NCBI GenBank assembly: GCA_965661045.1
Contig: CBFICN010000002.1
Span: forward strand, 1 to 62,170
Direction of reading: 5' to 3'
Origin: an uncultured Myxococcota bacterium
Lineage (GTDB): Bacteria > Myxococcota_A > UBA796
Length of the DNA stretch: 62,170 nucleotides
A program made the translations under genes and the position numbers. Positions 16,809 through 24,537 of the stretch are shown in pieces (the first letter of the stretch is position 1; each line of letters opens with the position of its first letter). The notes beneath the pieces were generated by a model. The model had not been told where the DNA came from, searched no databases, and saw only the letters and a list, made by a program, of their open reading frames with translations.

Positions 16809-17930
16809 ATGACGAATGTAGAAGAGTTCAATCAGTTCACGGAAGAATGGAAGAAGTTTCAAGGGTTTATCGACAAGATTCAAGAGAACGCTGGGAACTT
16901 TGCAGCGAGTGTTGTTGAGAAGCTTCAAGAAGAGTATGTTGCCAAACAAGCTGAGGTGACAACGAAAATTACTGAGTTCCTAACTGAACAAACAGCTGTA
17001 TTGAACGAGACCAAAGAGGCGTTGGCGACGCTCAAGCACAACAATGCTGCCTACGATGAGGTAGAACAAGAGTTGACTCTACGCCACACGATTGGTGCGT
17101 TGAGTTCTGAGGACTTTGAAGCACAACTGAGCGAGTTGAGAAGTTCTATGTCTGACTATGCAAATCAGGTAGACGGATACAATCAAGCAATCCAAAGTAT
17201 TGAAGGTATGTTGATGGAGTGGACAGAATTGTCTGCTCAACAGCCAGCCAGCGAGATTGTGGCAGAGCCTGTTGCAACGCCGGACGCTGCTGTAGCAGAG
17301 TCTGAAATCATTGTGGATGACTTGGACTCTTCACTCGACTTCGCTGGTGACGATTTAGCGCCATTGCCGTCTGTGCCAGAGCTGGACAGTGCGTTGGAGC
17401 CAATCGAAGATTTGTCTGCCGATCTGGGTGGTGATCTAGAGTTTAATGAACTGGATGGTGCACCTTCTCCATTCTCTTCTTTTCCCGGTGAAGATTTGAA
17501 CTTTGAACTGAGCAATGACAGTTTGGGATTTGATGAAGGTTTGTCGGCCGAATTGATTGAGCCCGAAGATCTTTCTGGCAGCATTGATTTGGGTGGCATG
17601 TCTATGGATCCAATGGAAGGACAAGATATGCCTTCTGCCATGTTGATTCGTGACGAGGGTGTTCAAGGCAGCGAAGTGGTGTATCCATTTAAAGGCACCA
17701 AGTATAGAATTGGTCGTGCCCAAGACAATGATATTCAGATTAAAAATGACAGTAAAGTTTCGAGAAATCACTGTGAACTGTCTCGTCGTGGAAACCAGTT
17801 CTACTTAGTGGATTTGGGGTCATCAAATGGAACAATGGTCAATGGCGATGCTTTTGAAGGTGAATACAAGTTGTATGGTGGGGAAGAATTGAAGGTTGGA
17901 GAAACGTTGTTTCGGTTCACCATTCATTAA
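16809..17930 (+). CDS. FHA-domain protein (coiled-coil N-terminus, acidic linker, C-terminal FHA)
   Basis: AGGAG RBS. C-terminal 'YRIGRAQDNDIQIKNDSKVSRNHCELSRRGNQFYLVDLGSSNGTMVNG' is a canonical FHA core. Confidence 0.85.
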   Translation: MTNVEEFNQFTEEWKKFQGFIDKIQENAGNFAASVVEKLQEEYVAKQAEVTTKITEFLTEQTAVLNETKEALATLKHNNAAYDEVEQELTLRHTIGALSSEDFEAQLSELRSSMSDYANQVDGYNQAIQSIEGMLMEWTELSAQQPASEIVAEPVATPDAAVAESEIIVDDLDSSLDFAGDDLAPLPSVPELDSALEPIEDLSADLGGDLEFNELDGAPSPFSSFPGEDLNFELSNDSLGFDEGLSAELIEPEDLSGSIDLGGMSMDPMEGQDMPSAMLIRDEGVQGSEVVYPFKGTKYRIGRAQDNDIQIKNDSKVSRNHCELSRRGNQFYLVDLGSSNGTMVNGDAFEGEYKLYGGEELKVGETLFRFTIH

Positions 17931-17951
17931 ATCAGTTTAAATAGTTTAGAT

Positions 17952-17976
17952 GGGTTGGCTTGCCAACCCTTTTTTT
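17952..17976 (+). terminator. Rho-independent terminator after the FHA gene
   Basis: GGGTTGG / CCAACCC stem with loop CTTG, then a run of seven T (17970-17976). Confidence 0.75.
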
Positions 17977-18042
17977 GTAGATTTTGGGGTGCTGTTTCTG
18001 AATTCGTATTATAATAGTTGTAATTTGCATTTCGGAGGGTGG

Positions 18043-18642
18043 GTGAACAACAACAAATCTAAGATTTTACAAAAGGAACTGTTGACGACCAAAGATGCCT
18101 CAGAGCTGATTGGCGTGAGTTTACCCAGTATTATCAATTGGGCTGATGCCGGCCGATTCGACTCTTTTCGTACTCCAGGGGGGCATCGCCGCATCCGAAA
18201 GCAAGATTTCTTGGAGTTCGCTTGTGCAAATGGATATTTGCAAGATTTACATCTAGCAGAAAGGAATGGTGTTGAGAAAACAGTCGTTCTGGTAGACACG
18301 AATCTTGAATACATGGAGACACTCAAAGTGTTTTTAGAGATGGGAGATACCCTGAAGGTCATGATGTGCAGCGATGTATTTGAAGCTGGTGTGCTTGTCG
18401 GTAAAAATCAACCTTCTGTGTTGGTGTTTGATCAGGATACAATCCCAATGCCGATAAAGGTGGTGTCCTTTTTGCAAAATTCGAATATTCGTAGCACACA
18501 CATTGTGTCTCTGGCCACTGAGTATCCAGTCCCACTTCGGAAGCAGAGCGATAACTATATTTATTTAAACAAAGGCAAGTCCATTCGAGAAGTGGCGGTT
18601 TCGATTAAAAATTTGGTCACTTCATCTGTTGTAGTTTTATAA
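18043..18642 (+). CDS. Excisionase/MerR-type HTH DNA-binding domain fused to a receiver-like domain
   Basis: 'LLTTKDASELIGVSLPSIINWADAGRFDSFRTPGGHRRIRKQDFLEF' (HTH_17-like), then a CheY-like layout 'VVLVDTN...VLVFDQD...IVSLAT...LNKGKS'. Start set at GTG 18043 after GGAGGG, since the longest ORF (17950) overlaps the upstream terminator. Confidence 0.65.
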   Translation: MNNNKSKILQKELLTTKDASELIGVSLPSIINWADAGRFDSFRTPGGHRRIRKQDFLEFACANGYLQDLHLAERNGVEKTVVLVDTNLEYMETLKVFLEMGDTLKVMMCSDVFEAGVLVGKNQPSVLVFDQDTIPMPIKVVSFLQNSNIRSTHIVSLATEYPVPLRKQSDNYIYLNKGKSIREVAVSIKNLVTSSVVVL

Positions 18643-18716
18643 TTCTTCTAGATAGAGTGACGCGGGAACTTTCATAGACAAGTCGCATTGTTTGGCAAAT
18701 TCAATTATGTGATGGC

Positions 18717-20462
18717 ATGTTGTTGTTTTACTCAGCTTTGGCAGTTGCTCAAGATCTTGGTACTCTTGATCTAGAAGAAGATGCGTTGATTGTGCTATCC
18801 GATGAGGAGCCGCGCGTGGATCAAGAAGCCGAGGCCTTTCATTGGCAGTACGATCATCAATGGAAGGCGTTGAGACTGTATAGACCCTTGAAAGCCGTTG
18901 GGGCGACGTGGAGTGACAAACTCTTGGTAATGGACACTGGTGGACAGATTCACCGTCTCAATACCGACGGCTCCTGGTCTGCTGTATTTACGGGTGAGGA
19001 TGCGTCTGTCAATGAAGAAGACTTGCTGTTGGACCTAGAGAGTTCATTGTCTGAACAGTGGGACGAGTTTGATGATACACCTCAATACGATGAAGATACT
19101 GAAGAAATGATTCAGGCAGACTCGGTCGGCAATGAATGGGAATCGGCCATCGATGATCCACTGCTTTCTCAAGAAAGTTCTGACGGGATCTATACTTTGT
19201 GGACCGATGAAAAGACACCGTTGATCTTTGCGTGTTCCAACGACGGCTGTGTTCGCTCTACCGATGACGGAGATGACTGGAGCACAATGGAAGATTTGCC
19301 ACCTGCATTTGGTTTTTCTTCTCTCAAGGGGATCTATGTCGCCGGAACATCGGAAGGGATATACGTTTCGAGCGATAAGGGGCGCACCTGGTCAGTCAGT
19401 TTGAGTGTACCAACGGACTTGTCTATCTACAATTTTGCAGCCAACAGAGACTACATTGTTGCAGCCACATCAAGTGGAGTATGGTCCAGTGTGGACGCGG
19501 TCAATTGGGCCAAAATGTCAGCGGTGGGATACGATGACGTAGAATTTGTCAGTGTGGTGTTGAGTTTGACAAACCAGTTGTGGGCGATGTCCTCTCTTGG
19601 CTTTCTGTCATCTGACGACTTGGGCAATTCTTTTGATGTTCGCCCAACACAGATTGATTTTCAGGAGTTGCTAGAAGATGAAGCCAATTTTGGCTTGTTG
19701 GCTTTCGATCGAGAGATGGTGTGGGAAAGCATTGATCAGGGGAGTTCATGGCAACAGTTGTCAGAAGGACTTCCACGTGTAGAAGTAGAAGATGCCGTCG
19801 CTTGGAAAGGGTCATTTGTGATTGCCACCGAGCAAGGTGGATACTATTTGGCCCAGTCCAAACCCACAGAAGAATTGGCGGATGTTGGTGAACTTTCCGT
19901 GACCCAAGTGGATGTGGACAGTTTGGTAGATGCCGCAACTGTCGATATTGATCGACAAATGGCACAGCTTTCTGTGGAGCGTTCAACCCAGTTGTTGCGG
20001 TGGGTGCCCACAGTGTCCATGACTTATGATTATGGACACGATCGAGCATTGACGGTCAATTATGACTCGATTTCAACGATTGGAATGGAACAGGTTCCTT
20101 GGAAGGTGGTCACGAATATGTGCTTTGGCAATTGTCAAACGGCCTCCACCGACGTTGGGTTTGCAAATTTGAGCGATGACGTCATGGTGATTGGCAACAG
20201 TGTGTATCGCAGTGACCTCGGTGGTGTGGTTCCAGCAGCCAGCAATGTTTCGTTGACCCTACACGCACAACGCAAAGCAAAAACAAGGCGCATCATTGAC
20301 TTGTATTCTGCTGCAATCCGATTGGAGCAACAGAGTCGACTGTTGTTGACTGCACCGTTAACAGATCAAGTCCTGCATCGGTTGGAGCAAGACGAAGTGA
20401 CGGCGCTGTTGGATTTGTATACAGATGGAAAATTTTATATGGCTTTACAGGCACAGGAGTAA
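18717..20462 (+). CDS. Secreted BNR/Asp-box (beta-propeller-like) repeat protein with helical C-terminal module
   Basis: Signal-like start 'MLLFYSALAVAQ'. Asp-boxes 'STDDGDDW', 'SSDKGRTW', 'SIDQGSSW'. The start codon has a weak RBS, so the start is uncertain. Confidence 0.7.
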   Translation: MLLFYSALAVAQDLGTLDLEEDALIVLSDEEPRVDQEAEAFHWQYDHQWKALRLYRPLKAVGATWSDKLLVMDTGGQIHRLNTDGSWSAVFTGEDASVNEEDLLLDLESSLSEQWDEFDDTPQYDEDTEEMIQADSVGNEWESAIDDPLLSQESSDGIYTLWTDEKTPLIFACSNDGCVRSTDDGDDWSTMEDLPPAFGFSSLKGIYVAGTSEGIYVSSDKGRTWSVSLSVPTDLSIYNFAANRDYIVAATSSGVWSSVDAVNWAKMSAVGYDDVEFVSVVLSLTNQLWAMSSLGFLSSDDLGNSFDVRPTQIDFQELLEDEANFGLLAFDREMVWESIDQGSSWQQLSEGLPRVEVEDAVAWKGSFVIATEQGGYYLAQSKPTEELADVGELSVTQVDVDSLVDAATVDIDRQMAQLSVERSTQLLRWVPTVSMTYDYGHDRALTVNYDSISTIGMEQVPWKVVTNMCFGNCQTASTDVGFANLSDDVMVIGNSVYRSDLGGVVPAASNVSLTLHAQRKAKTRRIIDLYSAAIRLEQQSRLLLTAPLTDQVLHRLEQDEVTALLDLYTDGKFYMALQAQE

Positions 20463-20464
20463 AT

Positions 20465-21265
20465 ATGTTTGGAATGATTTTGTCATTGTTGGTATCCACA
20501 GGGTGGGCCGAAATTGATCTCAATACCGCGACAGTTGAGGAGTTTGCCGCAATCTCGACCATTGAGTTGTCAGATGCAGAGTCCATCGTGTCCTATCGCA
20601 ATCAGCATTCTGGAATCCCCAATGTGGAGTCGTTGCGTGTGCTCAACCTTAGTGAGTCGGCCTTGCAGAGTTTGCGTTCTGAGTCCATCGTGACACTTCA
20701 AATATCCACCAAACGCAACAAAACCTATACTTCCGTAGACGAAGTGATGGCCGAGTTTTCTAGTGAGCCTGACATTCGTTCGGTCCAGGCAATGTCGATG
20801 CGCTACTCCAAAACCAATCCAGAGTTGATGGAAAAGTGGTTGTCGGCATCCCAACGTGCGTATGCGTTGCCCAAGGTCAATCTTCAGTACGAGAAGCAAC
20901 TCGATGAAGGCACGCGATACGATTATGTTGCCGGAGCAGATGGCAACGCAGAGCCCCAGACGGACTATGTGCAGATTGGAAACGATGATAAAGTCGTGGT
21001 CAAATTGGAATGGCGATTGGACAAACTGGTGATGTCTTCTGAGCAGATTCGTGTCATCAACGAAACTGGAAAAGCCAACAAAATGCGTGAGAAAGTACTC
21101 GATGAGGTCACTCGACTGTACTTTGATCGTCGACGGTTGCAGGTAGACAATTTGTTGAATCCACCATCTTCGTTGCAAGACCAAATTGAAATGGAATTGA
21201 GACTGCAGGAAATGACTGCAAACTTGGACGCGTTGACAGGGGGCGAATTCTCCGCCAGTTTCTAA
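20465..21265 (+). CDS. ComEA-like helix-hairpin-helix protein with helical C-terminal module
   Basis: AGGAG RBS; the start is 2 nt after the upstream stop. Signal 'MFGMILSLLVSTGWA', then 'IDLNTATVEEFAAISTIELSDAESIVSYRNQHSGIPNVESL' (ComEA HhH pattern). Confidence 0.75.
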   Translation: MFGMILSLLVSTGWAEIDLNTATVEEFAAISTIELSDAESIVSYRNQHSGIPNVESLRVLNLSESALQSLRSESIVTLQISTKRNKTYTSVDEVMAEFSSEPDIRSVQAMSMRYSKTNPELMEKWLSASQRAYALPKVNLQYEKQLDEGTRYDYVAGADGNAEPQTDYVQIGNDDKVVVKLEWRLDKLVMSSEQIRVINETGKANKMREKVLDEVTRLYFDRRRLQVDNLLNPPSSLQDQIEMELRLQEMTANLDALTGGEFSASF

Positions 21266-21290
21266 GGGGAATCCAAACATAGGAGTGAAT

Positions 21291-22850
21291 ATGTCACACA
21301 AAGGAATTCTGATTCTCGATTTTGGGTCTCAGTTCACACAACTGATTGCCCGTCGCATTCGAGAAATGAATGTTTACTGTGAAATTCACCCTTGCACCGA
21401 ACCATTTCACGAAGACTGGTCTTACGATGGTTTGGTCTTGAGTGGGGGTCCATCTTCTGTATTGGGAGAGAAAGCGCCCACTGTGGATGAACGTTGGTTG
21501 TCGGGGACAGTACCAACCTTGGGGGTTTGCTACGGGATGCAACTGTTGGCCCAGCGGACTGGGTGCACAATTGAACGCGGCCGCAAACGAGAGTATGGTC
21601 AATCGACATTGCTGTTGCATGGGGAGCACCCTTTCATCAAAGGTGTTCCTGCAGAGAGTATTGCGTGGATGAGTCATGGAGATCACGTTGAGTCGATTGG
21701 TACAGACAGTCTAGACGGTAAAAACAACACGTGGAGCGTATTGGGGCGCTCAGACTCAGGGGTGATTGCCGCGATGGCCCACAAATTACACCCATGGGTT
21801 GCCGTACAATTTCACCCCGAGGTGGCCCACACCCAGTGTGGAGAGCAGTTGCTTCGGAACTTTGTACTGGGAATGACCCAGTCCAAACAGAATTGGACCA
21901 TGGGCAATTTTGTAGACGATCAAATTGCACAACTCAAACAACGCTTGGGTACAGACCATGTCATTTGTGGATTGAGTGGTGGGGTAGACTCTTCTGTGAC
22001 GGCTGCCATTTTACAACGCGCCATTGGGGATAGACTGCACTGTGTATTCGTTGACAATGGACTGTTGCGAGCTGGAGAGCGGGAGGCGGTAGAGCGCGAG
22101 TTCTCAGATGTGAATCTGACTGTTGTAGATGCAAAGGCGCGTTTCTTAGAAGCCTTGGACGGAGTGACCGACCCCGAGCGCAAACGCAAAATTATTGGAA
22201 CAGTCTTCATCGAGGTATTTGATGCTCAGGCACAAAAACTGTCTACGAAACACGGAACAATACACTGGTTGGCACAGGGTACATTGTATCCGGACGTGAT
22301 TGAATCAATTTCTTTCAAAGGACCTTCGGCAACCATCAAGAGTCATCACAACGTGGGTGGTTTACCCGATGATATGCAGTTCAAATTGATAGAGCCACTC
22401 AGAGAGTTGTTCAAAGACGAAGTTCGAGCACTGGGGCTAGAATTGGGATTGAGTCATGAACGCGTCTATCGACATCCCTTTCCTGGTCCTGGGTTGGCAG
22501 TGAGGATGCTGGGTCCAATCACAGCCGACAGATTGGCATTGTTGCGTCGAGCCGATAAGATTTTTATTGACGAGATCCGCAATTTTGGGTGGTACGACAA
22601 GATTTGGCAAGCGGGTGTTGTATTCTTGCCGGTCAAGTCTGTCGGTGTAATGGGAGATGACAGGACGTATGAATGGACAGTGGCATTGAGGGCAGTCCAT
22701 TCTCGAGATGGAATGACGGCTGATGTGGTACGGTTACCGTGGGCGTTGCTCGAAAAAGTATCCACGCGCATCATCAATGAGATTCAAGGCATCAACCGCG
22801 TCGCCTATGATGTCAGCAACAAACCACCGGCCACCATCGAATGGGAATAA
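21291..22850 (+). CDS. guaA: GMP synthase (glutamine-hydrolysing)
   Basis: GATase 'ILILDFGSQFTQLIARRIRE', 'GVCYGMQL'; ATP-PPase 'GLSGGVDSSV'; C-terminal 'PPATIEWE'. AGGAG RBS precedes the ATG at 21291. Confidence 0.97.
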   Translation: MSHKGILILDFGSQFTQLIARRIREMNVYCEIHPCTEPFHEDWSYDGLVLSGGPSSVLGEKAPTVDERWLSGTVPTLGVCYGMQLLAQRTGCTIERGRKREYGQSTLLLHGEHPFIKGVPAESIAWMSHGDHVESIGTDSLDGKNNTWSVLGRSDSGVIAAMAHKLHPWVAVQFHPEVAHTQCGEQLLRNFVLGMTQSKQNWTMGNFVDDQIAQLKQRLGTDHVICGLSGGVDSSVTAAILQRAIGDRLHCVFVDNGLLRAGEREAVEREFSDVNLTVVDAKARFLEALDGVTDPERKRKIIGTVFIEVFDAQAQKLSTKHGTIHWLAQGTLYPDVIESISFKGPSATIKSHHNVGGLPDDMQFKLIEPLRELFKDEVRALGLELGLSHERVYRHPFPGPGLAVRMLGPITADRLALLRRADKIFIDEIRNFGWYDKIWQAGVVFLPVKSVGVMGDDRTYEWTVALRAVHSRDGMTADVVRLPWALLEKVSTRIINEIQGINRVAYDVSNKPPATIEWE

Positions 22851-22907
22851 ATTGGTTCTTTGAGTGCAAACACTGTACACTAGTACAAAGCCCAAGAAGG
22901 AGAGACA

Positions 22908-23399
22908 GTGAATTTGTTCTGGATGATGATGAGTCTGGCGAGTGCCGAGCATCCAAAATGGATTGGGTATTGGCAAAGTGTTGCGGCAACGGCTGCAGTG
23001 ATGCCTGTGACTTATGCTGTGGGAGAAGGGTGGACCGGTGCATCGAATCAGTTGGTACAAGGGATGTTGCCCGCTGTGCTCACCGGAATTGTGTTGCCAA
23101 CCAGTGTGGCTGTGGGCTCAGCAAGAATTGTGGCGGAGAAAAAAGACTATGAGTGGAATGGCGGTGCGGCGTTTCGAAACACGCTGCTGCTCAATACTGG
23201 GGTTTATGCTGGGGGTACGGCGCTGGGCGTTTCAACCAGCACCCTAGAAGATAAACTGATTTACGGAGCCATCAGTGCGTTGCTGTTGCCTATCCCTTCT
23301 TGGGTATCGATGAATGTGCCCAATGCCACTGCAAATTTGACGGTGGTACCAACAGACAATGATTGGTCTGTCAACGCAACTTTTCAACGGTCCTTTTGA
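22908..23399 (+). CDS. Small hypothetical membrane/exported protein
   Basis: AAGGAG RBS then GTG. N-terminal 'MNLFWMMMSLASA' is signal-like. Several hydrophobic stretches ('GMLPAVLTGIVLPTSVAVGSA', 'LIYGAISALLLPIPSWV'). No family recognised. Confidence 0.6.
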   Translation: MNLFWMMMSLASAEHPKWIGYWQSVAATAAVMPVTYAVGEGWTGASNQLVQGMLPAVLTGIVLPTSVAVGSARIVAEKKDYEWNGGAAFRNTLLLNTGVYAGGTALGVSTSTLEDKLIYGAISALLLPIPSWVSMNVPNATANLTVVPTDNDWSVNATFQRSF

Positions 23400-23442
23400 T
23401 GGGCGTTTTTGCAAGAATAGACAAGCGGTAAAAGGAGGCAAA

Positions 23443-23718
23443 ATGTGGTTGATCGTGTGGTTTTTTGGGTGTGCAACAGAAGGGTACAACAACCATGACC
23501 TCGAATTGTTGACCGCCTATCGTGCCAAAGACATGTGTTCATGCGTGTTTGTGCAAGGCAGAGACGAGGCCTATTGTCGAGATTGGACCAAAGCCAGTCC
23601 AAATTTGGCGACGATGAGTGTGGATAAGGAGCAAAAAGTAGTCACAACCGAGGCGATGCAATATTGGTCAGCCAAAGCACGGTTCGTGAATGACGAAGAA
23701 GGATGCGTGTTGGAGTGA
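23443..23718 (+). CDS. Small hypothetical lipoprotein
   Basis: AAAGGAGG RBS (23431-23438) then ATG 23443. Lipobox-like 'MWLIVWFFGC'. Four further Cys. No family recognised. Confidence 0.65.
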   Translation: MWLIVWFFGCATEGYNNHDLELLTAYRAKDMCSCVFVQGRDEAYCRDWTKASPNLATMSVDKEQKVVTTEAMQYWSAKARFVNDEEGCVLE

Positions 23719-23720
23719 AA

Positions 23721-24116
23721 ATGAAGAGTATGTGGATGTGGATGAGTGTGCTGTGTTTGGCGACAGGGTGCGCGGAGGCTGAATCGGCCAGTGGATGGTC
23801 GGATGATTTCATTGCCAATCTGAGTAAGGGAGATTGCAAAGGGATTGCCAGTGGTGACAAAAATTACTGCGATACCAAAGACTGCAAAGGGATTGCCAAA
23901 AAAGATGCCAATTATTGTGAAACCTCAGATTGCAAAGGCGTTGCGAAACAAAGCAAAAGTTATTGCAGTTCCAGTCTCTGTAAAGCTTGGGCGAGCGGCA
24001 ATGCCAGTTACTGTTCTTCGTCGGACTGCAAGGGCATCGTTAAACAGAACAAAAGTTATTGTTCGTCCGCACAATGCAAAGCCATCGCCAGTGGTGACAA
24101 AAATTACTGTCGTTGA
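23721..24116 (+). CDS. Cysteine-rich tandem-repeat lipoprotein (six 16-aa C-x10-C-x4 units)
   Basis: ATG 23721 lies 2 nt after the upstream stop. Lipobox 'VLCLATGC'. Repeats 'DCKGIASGDKNYCDTK / DCKGIAKKDANYCETS / DCKGVAKQSKSYCSSS / LCKAWASGNASYCSSS / DCKGIVKQNKSYCSSA / QCKAIASGDKNYCR'. Confidence 0.75.
   Translation: MKSMWMWMSVLCLATGCAEAESASGWSDDFIANLSKGDCKGIASGDKNYCDTKDCKGIAKKDANYCETSDCKGVAKQSKSYCSSSLCKAWASGNASYCSSSDCKGIVKQNKSYCSSAQCKAIASGDKNYCR
23832..24113 (+). repeat. 48-bp-period coding tandem repeat (about 5.9 units)
   Basis: Cys codons recur every 16 codons. The first and last units share the identical 23-nt string gccagtggtgacaaaaattactg. Confidence 0.85.
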
Positions 24117-24125
24117 GGAGACGAG

Positions 24126-24443
24126 GTGCCAGTGAGACTCAGTGCTACAGAAGTCAAAAAGTCGTTGAAAGACTTAGAACACTGGAAGATTGAAGCAGAA
24201 TCGGTGTCTTGGTTGCGGCGTGAATGGCGTGGTCGAACCTTTTCAGAGACCTTTGCTGTCATGACGGAAGTCGCCAAAGTGGCTGAAGAACTCAATCACC
24301 ACCCCGACTGGTGCAATTCATTTTGCCGACTGACCATTCGATTGAGAACCCACGACGTTGACGGCATCAGTGAATTGGATGTAGAGATGGCGAAGCGCAT
24401 TGATTCAATCATCACCCGAGTAGAATCTACAAAACTGGGATAG
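24126..24443 (+). CDS. Pterin-4-alpha-carbinolamine dehydratase (PCD/DCoH family)
   Basis: 'FSETFAVMTEVAKVAEELNHHPDW...L..H' pattern typical of PCD. GAGGAG RBS. No aromatic amino-acid hydroxylase gene is nearby. Confidence 0.85.
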   Translation: MPVRLSATEVKKSLKDLEHWKIEAESVSWLRREWRGRTFSETFAVMTEVAKVAEELNHHPDWCNSFCRLTIRLRTHDVDGISELDVEMAKRIDSIITRVESTKLG

Positions 24444-24511
24444 TAGAGCACCCCCACATGACACAGGTGTTCTCTAATTTCACTCTGCCAATTCCACTCA
24501 ACCACATAAAC

Positions 24512-24537
24512 GGCGATTGTTGACAATCACCAATTTT
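24512..24537 (+). terminator. Possible terminator hairpin in the convergent gap
   Basis: GGCGATTG-TTGA-CAATCACC (one mismatch) followed by AATTTT. Overlaps the last codons of the minus-strand giant gene. Confidence 0.35.

Noticed and set aside
17950-18042. Upstream extension of the HTH-receiver gene ('MGWLANPFFVDF...').
   Set aside because: It begins inside the terminator hairpin of the FHA gene. A GGAGGG RBS precedes the GTG at 18043.
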